Shown here: in pieces, positions 47,270-57,126 of the stretch | Numbering within the stretch: the stretch's first letter is position 1 | Layout: every line of letters begins with the position of its first letter | Source of the DNA: Nitrosopumilus sp. | Lineage (GTDB): Archaea > Thermoproteota > Nitrososphaeria > Nitrososphaerales > Nitrosopumilaceae | Direction: 5' to 3' | Length of the DNA stretch: 64,000 bases | Assembly: GCA_965207075.1 (NCBI GenBank) | Contig: CBDBLO010000002.1 | Location: forward strand, 128,001-192,000 | Notes under the pieces: model-generated | What the model was told of the DNA's origin: nothing | The model's input: the letters and a program-made list of their open reading frames with translations, nothing else | The model's database searches: none | Made by a program: the position numbers and the translations under genes

Positions 47270-47896
47270 CTAGTCCTCCCAGCGCACCCGCGCGGCCGAC
47301 CTCTCGGATATCAGGGCCTGCGCGTTCTCGTGCGGGATGGTCGCGATGTCCTCGGCCCTGAACGGTCCGTACATGCCCATGTCCGCCCCCACCATCTGCT
47401 CCACGTCCTTGAGGAACCTGACTACGATCCTGCCTGCCTTGTGCCTCTCGGATATCGACTCGAGGAGCTTGGACCTGCCGCTCTTGGTCGCAGACAGTAT
47501 GATCTCCCGGCGCTCGTCGCGCTCCTCCTCGGAGTCCAGGATGTACTTTTCCTCGTCAAGCAGCCGCTGCATCACATGCGAGGCCTCCTCGGCGCCGGAC
47601 GCGGCCCTGAGCTTGGAGGCCTTCTCAAGTCTCGTCCTCAGCAGCATGGAGACCAGCCCGGATGAGACCGCTATGGCCTGGTCCTTGACCTCGTCCTCCA
47701 CCCCGGCATACTCCTGCCGCGACAGGTTTCCTATGAACTCGGACATCTCCCTGTACAGCCCCGAGTCAATCTCGGTGAGGGCCGACTCGTCCTCCACCTC
47801 GCGCAGCACCATGTGGTACAGCTTGCCAAGCCGGGTCTGTGCGTCCATGTCCAAGGGCGGGGGGTCGGCGGAGGGGGAGGAGGGGGAGCCGGACAT
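47270..47896 (-). CDS. GINS complex subunit (Gins51-type)
   Basis: E...LTEID..LY helical A domain; C-terminal VGADM..YGPF..EDIATIP.ENA..LI B domain. Confidence 0.8.
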   Translation of the reverse strand: MSGSPSSPSADPPPLDMDAQTRLGKLYHMVLREVEDESALTEIDSGLYREMSEFIGNLSRQEYAGVEDEVKDQAIAVSSGLVSMLLRTRLEKASKLRAASGAEEASHVMQRLLDEEKYILDSEEERDERREIILSATKSGRSKLLESISERHKAGRIVVRFLKDVEQMVGADMGMYGPFRAEDIATIPHENAQALISERSAARVRWED

Positions 47897-47960
47897 TGCA
47901 GTTACTACTTACCAAACCTTAAATGATGGTTCTATTTGTGTTTGGTTGAAGCGCAGAGAT

Positions 47961-49421
47961 ATGCCATACAGAGTCAGTCACGGTAAGGCGATACAGGTTC
48001 AGTTTTCACCCGACGAGGTCTTCTCAAGGATACAGCACGAGAACATCCAGTTTATCGACCTGCAGTTTACAGGACTGACCGGGCACTTCCACCACACCAC
48101 CATATCGGCCGCCACCTTCACGCCGGAGCAGATGAGGGACGGCCTGCCAAAGCTCGACGGCTCGTCGATAATAGGGTTCACCAGCATAGACGACTCGGAC
48201 CTGCTGCTAAAGCCGGACCCCAACACGTTTGCCATAATCCCGTGGATGACGGAGAACAAGACGGCGCGCCTGCTGTGCGACGTATACTGGGGGGGCGACC
48301 GCGGCAGGCTCTCGCGTGACCCCAGGGGGATCGCGCAAAAGGCCGAGGAGTACATCAAGTCCCAGGGCTTTGACTACTCAACGTGGGGCCCCGAGGTAGA
48401 GTTCTTTGTCTTTGACAAGGTGCACTGGGACGTGCTCACGCCATACAAGGGCCAGTCATACGCCATAGAGTCCAAGGAGGCCCCGTGGAGCCAGGAGGGT
48501 GACGGGTATCCGATGGGGCTCCAAGAGGGGTACTATCCGAGCACCCCGTCTGACACGCTTACGCCATACCGGAACGAGTGCGTAAACATACTGCAGAACA
48601 ACTTCGGGATACTGTGCGACAACCACCACCACGAGGTCGCGACGGCGGGCCAGTGCGAGATCGACATCAGGTACGACCACCTGACGAACGCGGCCGACGC
48701 CGCGCAGTCATACAAGTACGTAATCAGGAACATAGCGCAAAAGTACGGCAAGGTGGCCACCATGATGCCCAAGCCCATTGCGATGGACTCGGGCAGCGGA
48801 ATGCACGTCAACGTCAGCCTCTGGAAGAAGGACCGGAACATGTTCTACGACTCGGGCAGCGAGGACGAGCTGAGCCAGACGGCGCGCTACTTTTGCGGCG
48901 GCGTCATAGAGCACGCAAAGGCGCTCTCCGCCATCTGCAACCCCACCACGAACTCGTACCACAGGCTCGTGCCCGGCTACGAGGCGCCCGCATATATCGC
49001 GTGGAGTTCTGGAAACCGTTCGGCAATAGTCAGGGTCCCGAGGCACCTGACGGGCAAGCAGTACGCCCACCTAAAGCGCCTGGAGTTCAGGGCGCCCGAT
49101 CCGTCCTCAAACCCGTACCTGGTGTTCGCCGCCATAACGGCGGCCGGCATGGACGGCGTCAAGAAGAAGATGGAGCCTGGCGACCAGATACACGACGACA
49201 TATTCAAGATGACGCGCTCAGACAGGGCAAAGCGCGGAATCGATGTGTTGCCAAAGAGCCTGGGCGACGCGCTCAACGAGCTTGAGAGCGACAGAAAGTT
49301 CCTGCTGTCCATATACACGGACGACGTGATAGACAAGGTGATAGAGCTGGAGAGGAGGGACCAGCGCGAGATATCGATCAGGCCGCACCCGCACGAGTTT
49401 TACCTGTACTTTGACGTCTAG
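47961..49421 (+). CDS. glnA: Glutamine synthetase type I (paralog 2)
   Basis: DGSSI, RDPR, GPEVEFF, HHEVATAGQCE, MPKP, GSGMH, NSYHRLVPGYEAP, RLEFRAPD; ATG 47961. Confidence 0.96.
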   Translation: MPYRVSHGKAIQVQFSPDEVFSRIQHENIQFIDLQFTGLTGHFHHTTISAATFTPEQMRDGLPKLDGSSIIGFTSIDDSDLLLKPDPNTFAIIPWMTENKTARLLCDVYWGGDRGRLSRDPRGIAQKAEEYIKSQGFDYSTWGPEVEFFVFDKVHWDVLTPYKGQSYAIESKEAPWSQEGDGYPMGLQEGYYPSTPSDTLTPYRNECVNILQNNFGILCDNHHHEVATAGQCEIDIRYDHLTNAADAAQSYKYVIRNIAQKYGKVATMMPKPIAMDSGSGMHVNVSLWKKDRNMFYDSGSEDELSQTARYFCGGVIEHAKALSAICNPTTNSYHRLVPGYEAPAYIAWSSGNRSAIVRVPRHLTGKQYAHLKRLEFRAPDPSSNPYLVFAAITAAGMDGVKKKMEPGDQIHDDIFKMTRSDRAKRGIDVLPKSLGDALNELESDRKFLLSIYTDDVIDKVIELERRDQREISIRPHPHEFYLYFDV

Positions 49422-49439
49422 CTGCGCGGCGTGCGCCCG

Positions 49440-49727
49440 TCAGACCCTGCCGGTCATGTAGTAGATTGCCAGCGCGGATACGGCCATCAGGCCAAAGCCG
49501 GCCCCGAGGATCGCGCCCCTCTTTCCGCTGCCGCTGTCGGTGGCCGACCTGTACAACAGTATGCCGCCGGCGAGGCCCAGCAGGAGAACCAGCACCCCGA
49601 TCACCACGATGTCAAAACTGGTGTTGGTTATCAGCGGGTGGAAGAAGCCGGCAAGGAACATGAAGAAGACTATAATGTATACATACTTGAAGCCGCCCAT
49701 CAGGAGGGTGCCCTTCTCAAGTGCCAT
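49440..49727 (-). CDS. Small membrane protein
   Basis: Three hydrophobic segments. Confidence 0.7.
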   Translation of the reverse strand: MALEKGTLLMGGFKYVYIIVFFMFLAGFFHPLITNTSFDIVVIGVLVLLLGLAGGILLYRSATDSGSGKRGAILGAGFGLMAVSALAIYYMTGRV

Positions 49728-49786
49728 CGTCAGGCCGGTCTTGGGCTAATCAAATAAACCTTGAGCCGCCAAGCGCCGCGGCGCTA

Positions 49787-51490
49787 CTACATCATTCCGC
49801 CCATGTCGGGCATGCCGCCGCCCATTCCGGGCATTCCTCCGGGCATGCCACCCATTCCGGGCATGCCGCCTTCCCCGCCTCCCGGGGGTCCTCCGGCGGA
49901 CTTTTGCGTGGCGATGACGTCATCAATCCTGAGAATCATGCAGGCGGCCTCCGTCGCCGACGACGTCACCTGCAGCTTTACTGAGAGGGGCTCGATTATC
50001 TCGCTGTTCTTCATGCTTGCGATCCTCGCCTCCATCACGTCGATGCCCGTCCAGCTCTCGCCGCGCTGCTGCTTTGAGCGCAGGAGCGTCAGCGTGTCTA
50101 TCGGGTCCATCCCGGCGTTCTCTGCAAGGGTAAGCGGAAGCGACTCGAGGGAGTCGGCAAACTTTTCTGCGGCAAGCTGCTCCCTGCCCTCCAGGGACTT
50201 TGCCCAGCTCCGGAGCTTTGTGGCCGCAAAGGTCTCAGGCGAGCCTCCGCCTGCCACCACGGACGGGCTCAGTATGACGTCCCTGACCACCATCAGCGCG
50301 TCGTGGACGGAGCGCTCCGCCTCGTCGACGACCCTCTGCGAGCCTCCGCGCAGGAGCAGCGTAACGGATTTTGGGTTCTTGCACCCCTCTACAAAGACCC
50401 ACTTGTCCTCTTCTATCTTTCTCTCCTCCACCAGCGAGGCCGCGCCCAGGTCGTCTGCCGACAGATCGTCAAGGTTCGTAACCACCCTGCCGCCGGTGGC
50501 CCTCGAGAGCTTTGTAAGGTCGCTCTCCTTTATGCGCCTGACAGCGATTATCCCGGCCTTTGCCAGATAGTGCTGCGCCATCTCGTCTATTCCCTTCTGG
50601 CACAAGACCACGTTGGCCCCGGTGCCGGTCACCTTGTCGACCATCGACTTGAGCATGTTGTTCTCCTCGTCAAGGAAGGACTTTAGCTGCTGCGGATCGG
50701 ATATGTTGATCTTGGCATCCGTCTCGGTCTTGCTGATCTCAAGCGCCGTGTTGAGGAGGGCGATCTTCGCGTCCGAGACGTCCTTTGGCATTCCGCCGTG
50801 TACAATCTCCTTGTCCAGGACGATTCCCCGGACTATCGACGAGTCCTTTATTGAGCCGCCCGCCTTCTTCTCGACCTTTATGTCGTCTATGTCGACGTCG
50901 TAATCGTCACCGCTCTTCTCGGAGACCGTGAGTACCGCGTCCACTATTATCCCGGCAATCTGATCCGAGTCCTTGCGCACGAGCTTTGTCTGCATGGACG
51001 TCTTTGCAATCTTCGTCAGGACGTCCCTGTCGTCGGGCGTGACCGGCTCGGCAATCTCCCTGAGGAACTCCTCGGCCTGCTTGCCCGCCCTGCGGTACCC
51101 GTCCACTATGATCGTGGGGTGGACGTTCTGATCCAGGAGCGACTCGGCGTTCTCAAGCAGGGCGCCGGCAAGAACGACCGCGGAGGTGGTGCCGTCGCCC
51201 ACCTCGTTGTCGGTGGTCTTGGATATCTCTACAAGCATCTTGGCCGCCGGGTGCTGCACGTCGATCTCCTTTAGGATGGTCGCCCCGTCGTTTGTTATCG
51301 TAACGTCCCCAAGCGAGTCTACCAGCATCTTGTCCATGCCGCGCGGGCCGAGGCTGGAGTGCACTATCTCCGCGATTATCTTTGACGCCGCAATGTTGTT
51401 CTTTTGCGCGTCCCTGCCCTTGGTCTCGGTGCCGCCCTCCTTTAGGAGTACGACGGGCATGTTGCCCTTTGACGTCGCCTGTATTGCCAT
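49787..51490 (-). CDS. ths: Thermosome (group II chaperonin) subunit
   Basis: [23 protein letters not shown]-terminal GGM repeats. Confidence 0.97.
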   Translation of the reverse strand: MAIQATSKGNMPVVLLKEGGTETKGRDAQKNNIAASKIIAEIVHSSLGPRGMDKMLVDSLGDVTITNDGATILKEIDVQHPAAKMLVEISKTTDNEVGDGTTSAVVLAGALLENAESLLDQNVHPTIIVDGYRRAGKQAEEFLREIAEPVTPDDRDVLTKIAKTSMQTKLVRKDSDQIAGIIVDAVLTVSEKSGDDYDVDIDDIKVEKKAGGSIKDSSIVRGIVLDKEIVHGGMPKDVSDAKIALLNTALEISKTETDAKINISDPQQLKSFLDEENNMLKSMVDKVTGTGANVVLCQKGIDEMAQHYLAKAGIIAVRRIKESDLTKLSRATGGRVVTNLDDLSADDLGAASLVEERKIEEDKWVFVEGCKNPKSVTLLLRGGSQRVVDEAERSVHDALMVVRDVILSPSVVAGGGSPETFAATKLRSWAKSLEGREQLAAEKFADSLESLPLTLAENAGMDPIDTLTLLRSKQQRGESWTGIDVMEARIASMKNSEIIEPLSVKLQVTSSATEAACMILRIDDVIATQKSAGGPPGGGEGGMPGMGGMPGGMPGMGGGMPDMGGMM

Positions 51491-51540
51491 GCCTGCCGAC
51501 TTGGAAATCCACTTTTTATATCTTGAGATCGGCGGCGGCG

Positions 51541-52879
51541 TGTGAAGAGTCGGGGAATCATGTCACCCCGACGCATAAGAGAGCCGACATGGAGGGAGGC
51601 GTAATGACACCTCAAACCAAGTATGACGAACATGTCCTCATACAGGAACAAAGGGAGGAGACCGAGCGCATACTCAAGACTGCCAGCGAGAAGGGCAGGA
51701 AGCCCATACGCAAGCTGGACACGCTTGACGCAAGGTTCATCGTCCGCGAAAAGAGGAGGGGGACAAGCAACAAGACGATTGCAGGCATCCTGAAGGTCTG
51801 CATAAGGCAGGTGCAGCGCATCTGGAGCCGGTTCAGGCGCCTCGACACGGGGCGGATACTGTACCTTCCAAGGCGCCCCGGCAGGCACCGGAAGGGCGAG
51901 CCGGGGCGCAGGGAGCACTCCGCGGTTTTGGCCGCGTTCGGCCGGGTCGTAAACGGCGCGTCTGCCACATACTGGCACATCAGGAACGCGGGGGACCACG
52001 TCCCAAAGGACGCCGTGCACCGGGTGCTGCTTGAGAACGGGCTGGCGCGCGAGGAGCACGCCAAGAAGAGGCAGCGCAGGTACGTGAGGTACGAGCGGAG
52101 GCACAGCAACACGCTCTGGCACACGGACTATACGCAGCTGGAGGACGGGAGGTGGCTGATCGTATACGTGGACGACTCGTCCCGGTACATCGTCGGACAC
52201 GGCGTGTTTGACCGCGCCACGTCCGAGAACGCCACCGCGGTCTTCAAGCAGGCCTGCCTGGCGCACGGGACGCCGTACTCGGTCCTGACCGACCACGGAT
52301 CCCAGTTCTACGCCATGGAGTCCGAGGCAAAGCGCGAAAGGGGGCGCACGCACTTTGAGGAGCACCTCGGGGACGCCGGCGTAAAGCAGATCCTGGCGCG
52401 CGTGGGACACCCCCAGACCAATGGCAAGGCGGAGCGCGTGTTCAAGGAGTACAAGTACAAGGTTGGGCACTTTGCCGACGTTGCGGGACCGCCGGGCACG
52501 GCGGCCCCGTTTGGCGCCCCCGCCGCAATGGAGAGCGACCCGACTGCCAGGTTCGTCAGGAACCACAACAACAAGCCGCACGGCAGCCTGTACGGGCAGA
52601 CGCCCGCGGACGCATACCGCGAGCGGAGGCTCCCAGAGGGCCGGTCATACAAGGATGACGACGGGTAAGACACCTCAGTCAACCCCGCCGTAGGACCCTC
52701 CAGCGTATGCTGCGCACGATCATGTAAAAGCGTACCTTTCGCGGCAGTTCGCGCACGTCGGGCACGCTGCCGGCCGCTTGGGCTGGCCCAGCGGAACCGG
52801 GAATTCAAAATTCATATGGAGTCCAGACATGCGTGGAGCAATGTCACGACACACCGTGACATCATTTTCCGACTCTACA
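51541..52879 (+). mobile_element. IS481-family element, copy 1 (1339 bp)
   Basis: TGT...ACA ends; imperfect TIRs TGTGAAGAGTCGGGGAATCATGTCAC vs TGTAGAGTCGGAAAATGATGTCAC; 13-bp TSD ATCGGCGGCGGCG (51528-51540, 52880-52892). Confidence 0.94.
51589..52668 (+). CDS. IS481-family transposase (rve-type DDE)
   Basis: HTH region, LWHTD, VDDSSR, LTDHGSQF, HPQTNGKAER, HNNKPHGSL. Confidence 0.93.
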   Translation: MEGGVMTPQTKYDEHVLIQEQREETERILKTASEKGRKPIRKLDTLDARFIVREKRRGTSNKTIAGILKVCIRQVQRIWSRFRRLDTGRILYLPRRPGRHRKGEPGRREHSAVLAAFGRVVNGASATYWHIRNAGDHVPKDAVHRVLLENGLAREEHAKKRQRRYVRYERRHSNTLWHTDYTQLEDGRWLIVYVDDSSRYIVGHGVFDRATSENATAVFKQACLAHGTPYSVLTDHGSQFYAMESEAKRERGRTHFEEHLGDAGVKQILARVGHPQTNGKAERVFKEYKYKVGHFADVAGPPGTAAPFGAPAAMESDPTARFVRNHNNKPHGSLYGQTPADAYRERRLPEGRSYKDDDG

Positions 52880-53182
52880 ATCGGCGGCGGCGTGCTCCTA
52901 CCGACGCACCACTGCTACTGCGGCCGCCGCCACACGCCGAGACGGCCCTTCACATACGCCCGGGTCGTGAGATACGCCGGACTTGGTCCATACAACTCTA
53001 ACTGAAAATACGTACACCCATGCTTTAGGGGCAGAAGAGGGACGGGGCATTTTCCTGGGCCGGGCGATGGTTCCGGACTGCACCGGACAATCTAGTTTCC
53101 GGCCGTATACAGGTGCGCGGTGTCCGCGCGGGGGCGGTACCGGGGCCTATCTTTTTATGCCAAGCGGCCGGAGCCGATTGTA

Positions 53183-53689
53183 ATGTTTAATAGATTCAGA
53201 AGGGAAGGGAAGGGAGAAGTAGAGATGGCAGCAGTAGAAGAGAACAGTGCCGGGCCGCCAAACGAAGGGACGGTAGTAGAGGCGCCGACTTCCCCGGGCG
53301 GGCGCATAGGAATCGGGGACCTGATGGACAAACGTGCAAGGCTCGAGGAGGCCATCGACTATGTCGGGGTCATGATAAAGAACCTCAAGGACAAGCGCAC
53401 CCTGCTTGAAAAGGACATAGAGGACGAGTCAGTCGACATCAAGAACCTCAAGGAAAAGCTCCAAAAGGTCAACGAGTACATAGAGGACGAGAGCGCCGGG
53501 ATTACAAAGCTGGCCCTCAAGAGGAGGGAGGTCGAGGAGGAGGCCGACGAGGTGGGCGCCATAATCAACAACCTCAGAAACAAGCTTGCCGGAATCGACC
53601 AGGTCATAGAAGAAGAGGGCGACAGGGTCAGGAAGATAAAGGGAACAAAGGAGGCCTCGGTAGGGGCAGCCTCTGAATTTACAGACTAG
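53183..53689 (+). CDS. Coiled-coil hypothetical protein
   Basis: Heptad-rich charged sequence; ATG 53183 after CTTTTTATG. Confidence 0.75.
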   Translation: MFNRFRREGKGEVEMAAVEENSAGPPNEGTVVEAPTSPGGRIGIGDLMDKRARLEEAIDYVGVMIKNLKDKRTLLEKDIEDESVDIKNLKEKLQKVNEYIEDESAGITKLALKRREVEEEADEVGAIINNLRNKLAGIDQVIEEEGDRVRKIKGTKEASVGAASEFTD

Positions 53690-53773
53690 CGGCAGGGTAG
53701 CCGCCACTTCGGGTATGGGTGCCGCGCGATGTCAGTCCGTCGTGTGTGGGTGCCTAGCATGCACGCGCGCAAG

Positions 53774-54448
53774 CTACGGGTTAAAGCGCTGATTGGTGGC
53801 GGCCGACGGCGACGCTGCCATGGTAGACACGTCCTGCGTCTGGGTCGGCACCGAGGGGAACATCTGTCCTGTCGAGGTCCCCGCTATGGCGGCGGCTTCC
53901 TTTAGTATCTCGTCTGTCTCCGCACTGGTCACCGAGTCCGTCCCAAACGCTGCGTCTCCTGCAAAGCTCTCCGTCATTAACCCGTCGAGCATCTCGGCCA
54001 TCTGCGTCAGCTCCTGTTCTGCCCCCGGCATGACCTTGCCCAGGGACGACTTTATGTTCTTCATCAGGGCTACCGTCGGCATTATAGTGACTACCGTGTC
54101 CCCGAGGTCGCTGCACGTGGTAAGGCGCAGCTCGATACGCTCCAGTGCGGTCCTGGCCCCACCCAGCACCTTTGTAACCTTGCGTATCTCGGCCAGTTCG
54201 TTGCCGAGGATCTTGCTGGTCTGCTGATCGTTCTTCTGTACGGCGTCAACGACCCTCTGGAACAGCGCGGCATCCCGCTTCTGCAAGCTTCCAAGCATAG
54301 AGTCCAGTTTCCTGATCTGCGGCTTTAGCATCTTTGTCGCGTCCCGTATGCGGGGCTTGAGCGGGCCCTTGGGCCTGACGACGGATCCTATCCTTTCGGA
54401 TATGGTTGGCGTCTCCTGCCTCGACCAGGTCTTCTGGAAGTTTGCCAT
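53774..54448 (-). CDS. ESCRT-III (Snf7) family cell-division protein, CdvB paralog
   Basis: PLKPRI, RD..LF..VV.A, NELAEIRK, ALE...LRL.T..DLGD, ETDEILKEA; GTTAAATAC box at about 54469-54477. Confidence 0.9.
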   Translation of the reverse strand: MANFQKTWSRQETPTISERIGSVVRPKGPLKPRIRDATKMLKPQIRKLDSMLGSLQKRDAALFQRVVDAVQKNDQQTSKILGNELAEIRKVTKVLGGARTALERIELRLTTCSDLGDTVVTIMPTVALMKNIKSSLGKVMPGAEQELTQMAEMLDGLMTESFAGDAAFGTDSVTSAETDEILKEAAAIAGTSTGQMFPSVPTQTQDVSTMAASPSAATNQRFNP

Positions 54449-54515
54449 TGACCCCCATCTCAAAGTTAGTATTTAACCCTGTACGGGCGGCGGCCGGTGC
54501 AGGGCCGTGCCGGCG

Positions 54516-55046
54516 ATGCAGAATTCGTCAAGGCCAATCGGCAGGCTTTTACCTCCGGGCGCCGGATACCGCGCAGCCTTGAGCCGCGCAAAGACTGCAC
54601 TTGTCGTGATAGTGGTGCTGCTGGCGGCAGGCCTGATTGTGGGGGCGCTCGTACCGGAGGGGGGGACGGAGCCCGGCATCGGCGCGCCCCGGGGCGACGG
54701 GGACGAGGTCTTTCACGTCAGGCTGGCAGAGCCCGGCATGTACTCGGGCGGCGTGTACACCGACTCGTTTGAGGCGCCCGGCGGCCAGTACGCGTTTGAC
54801 TTTGTGCCCAACGGGAGCAGCCCCGAGATCCTCTCCATTACGCTGGAGGGCGGCGGCGGTCCCGAGTACCGCGAGGACTTTGTGCTGGAGGGAACCAAGC
54901 ACGAGGCGCTTCTCGGGGAGTACTATACGTGGGAGTATCTGGGACAAAAGCACGTAGCCATACAGGACGGCGGCACGGTCTCCATTACGATAGACCCTCA
55001 CGGTGACACACTGGGCTCCGTGTCCGTATACCTGTATGAGAATTAA
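54516..55046 (+). CDS. Hypothetical membrane-anchored protein
   Basis: N-terminal TM helix; FVPNGSSP, YYTWEYLG; start uncertain. Confidence 0.72.
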   Translation: MQNSSRPIGRLLPPGAGYRAALSRAKTALVVIVVLLAAGLIVGALVPEGGTEPGIGAPRGDGDEVFHVRLAEPGMYSGGVYTDSFEAPGGQYAFDFVPNGSSPEILSITLEGGGGPEYREDFVLEGTKHEALLGEYYTWEYLGQKHVAIQDGGTVSITIDPHGDTLGSVSVYLYEN

Positions 55047-55050
55047 GATA

Positions 55051-55183
55051 AGGGGTGGCGCAACCCCTCTGCTACAGAACAATGAGAGATTTCCTCTCCG
55101 TTCGGGAAACCAAGTCCCTTGGCCATTTCGTTCTGCGGGGTTACGCGCCGTCAGTCGATAGAACTTGCATCCATCGGCATCAA
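55051..55183 (-). ncRNA. Candidate structured noncoding RNA (~130 nt), family not recognised
   Basis: Five nested helices whose wobble pairs are G-U only on the minus strand; own BRE/TATA about 25 nt upstream; only a 9-codon ORF. Confidence 0.55.
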
Positions 55184-55201
55184 TCTAACTAGTAAATCTG
55201 G

Positions 55202-55219
55202 GTATTTAACATTTTTTCC
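55202..55219 (-). promoter_or_regulatory. BRE+TATA promoter (GGAAAAAAT GTTAAATAC) with no downstream CDS
   Basis: Same GTTAAATAC box precedes the Lrp-domain gene and the CdvB gene in this window. Confidence 0.65.
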
Positions 55220-55468
55220 ACCATCTCATATTCTCTGGGGCTGTTTTTAGAAAAAATTGCATCATTCCTGCAGGCATGCCAACGCGCCGGCAGGGACGGA
55301 TCTCAGGGGCCTGAATGAGGCCGTTCATCCCCCTGGCGCGCCACGCGCGAATTCCGGAACTCCGACGCCCGCCAAGACGGATCTGGGCGGCCGGCCTGAA
55401 AGGGGTGCGGAACGGCCGCGCCCGGGCCTGCGAGGTCCCCGCACTCCGACATTTATTACGGCAGGGCC

Positions 55469-55687
55469 ATGCCAAGTCGCATGATGAACAGAAAGGCAAA
55501 GGCCAAGCTGATCATACTCTTGGGAATCATATGGGTAATCATAACCCTGCCGCTGCCCTGGATCGTAAACAACCCGGAGGTCTCCGAGTCACAGTTCAAT
55601 ACCATACTTGGCATCGTGGGCGTCATGTCGATACCGTTCGTCGTCCTGGGCGTGGTCTGGACGCTAAAGCCGGAGCTGACGACATGA
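55469..55687 (+). CDS. Small two-TM membrane protein
   Basis: Two hydrophobic helices; ATGA overlap with cysQ. Confidence 0.72.
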   Translation: MPSRMMNRKAKAKLIILLGIIWVIITLPLPWIVNNPEVSESQFNTILGIVGVMSIPFVVLGVVWTLKPELTT

Positions 55688-56559
55688 GCCGGCCTGTGCT
55701 GGCGCCGGATCCACCGCCGATAAAAGATGCGGCCCCGGAGCTCGGCGCCGCGCTCGAGGCAGTGGCCAGTGCGGGCGCCGCGGTCCTCGACATATACCGC
55801 AAGAACGCCGGCGGCTCCGAGGAGAAGGAGGACGGCTCGCCTGTCACGGAGGCCGATCTTGCAAGCCACAGAATACTGACAGAGCTGCTGTCAAAGACGG
55901 GACACGCCATACTGTCCGAAGAAGGCGCGGACCGGTGGATCCTGCGCGCGGACAGAACGGGATCAGAGACGGTGTGGATAGTGGATCCACTCGACGGCAC
56001 GTCCGACTTTATAGACAGGACCGGCGAGTTTACCATAATGGCGGCGCTCATAAAAGAAAAGAGGCCCGTGCTGGGGGTCATACTGCGGCCCACCGACAAC
56101 ACCATATTTGTCGCGCAGAAAGGCCGGGGCGCGCTCTGCCATGACGCGGAGGGCTGGAGGAGGATCGCAGTGACGGGCACGTCCGCGCTGTCCGAGTGCA
56201 GGATGGTCGGCTCAAGGCACCACCTCACGGACCAAGAGAGGGGGTTCATAGCCGGGCTCGGGGTAAAGGAGTTTGTGAGCATAGGAAGCTCCCTCAAGGT
56301 CGGGATGATAAGCTCCGGCCGGGCCGAGGCGTACATTACGACCACCGACAGGATAAAGGAGTGGGACACGGCCGCGTCGTACTGCATCATAACGGAGGCC
56401 GGCGGAAGGATGACCGACGTGCGCGGGCGCGACCTCACGTACAACAACGAGGACATCCACCACAGGCACGGTGTCTTGGCCACGAACGGCGCCGTGCACG
56501 GGCGCATAGTCAGCGAGTTTGCGCTGTACTCAGATCAGGCCGCGGCCGCGGAGAAATGA
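55684..56559 (+). CDS. cysQ: 3'(2'),5'-bisphosphate nucleotidase CysQ-like
   Basis: SPVTEAD, LSEE, WIVDPLDGT, GSSLK, KEWDTAA. Confidence 0.92.
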   Translation: MSRPVLAPDPPPIKDAAPELGAALEAVASAGAAVLDIYRKNAGGSEEKEDGSPVTEADLASHRILTELLSKTGHAILSEEGADRWILRADRTGSETVWIVDPLDGTSDFIDRTGEFTIMAALIKEKRPVLGVILRPTDNTIFVAQKGRGALCHDAEGWRRIAVTGTSALSECRMVGSRHHLTDQERGFIAGLGVKEFVSIGSSLKVGMISSGRAEAYITTTDRIKEWDTAASYCIITEAGGRMTDVRGRDLTYNNEDIHHRHGVLATNGAVHGRIVSEFALYSDQAAAAEK

Positions 56560-57048
56560 CTTTACCTTTTGCGCGCTGTCCTCCAGCGGCTCGTCCTCCG
56601 TGTCGACTATGAGATCCGCGTTCTCGGGCGCCTCGTACGGGTCGTCTATCCCCGTAAACCCCTTGATCTCGCCCCTGCGGGCCTTGGCGTACATGCCCTT
56701 GACGTCCCGCTCCTCGCACTTTGCAAGGGAGCACTTGACGTAGCACTCGGCAAACTGGTCGCCAGAGTCCACTATGCTCCGGGCGTTCTCCCTGTTCTCC
56801 GCGTAAGGGGAGACCAGTGATACCACGCTGGGAACCCCGTGCCTTAGCAGCATCTTGGCAAGGTGCGCGACCTTTTTGTTGTGCTCGTCGCGCCCCTCCT
56901 TTGAAAAGTCCTTGGGGGACAGCCACTCCCTCAGCTCGTCGCCGTCGAGCATCGCCAGGTTTGGAATGTCCCTCTGGAGATCCTTCACTATGGTGGTCTT
57001 GCCGGAGCACGGCAGCCCCGTCATCCACAGTACGAACGGCCTTGCCAT
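56530..57048 (-). CDS. cysC: Adenylyl-sulfate kinase
   Basis: TGLPCSGKTT, LDGD, RDVKGMY, FTGIDDPYEAP. Confidence 0.95.
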   Translation of the reverse strand: MARPFVLWMTGLPCSGKTTIVKDLQRDIPNLAMLDGDELREWLSPKDFSKEGRDEHNKKVAHLAKMLLRHGVPSVVSLVSPYAENRENARSIVDSGDQFAECYVKCSLAKCEERDVKGMYAKARRGEIKGFTGIDDPYEAPENADLIVDTEDEPLEDSAQKVKSFLRGRGLI

Positions 57049-57126
57049 GACGCACTGGCACAGGGCCGGCCTTAAAGAGCTTGCCGTGACCGACAGGGCC
57101 GCGCGCAGCTGGGACAGCGGCGGGCG

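Noticed and set aside
47337-47960. N-terminal extension making a 694-aa GlnA fusion
   Set aside because: It is the antisense shadow of the GINS gene; a TATA-like box at about 47918-47925 supports the start at 47961
51442-52581. 379-aa and 417-aa antisense ORFs over the IS481 copies, and many other long overlapping ORFs
   Set aside because: Typical shadow ORFs of high-GC3 genes with no recognisable motifs
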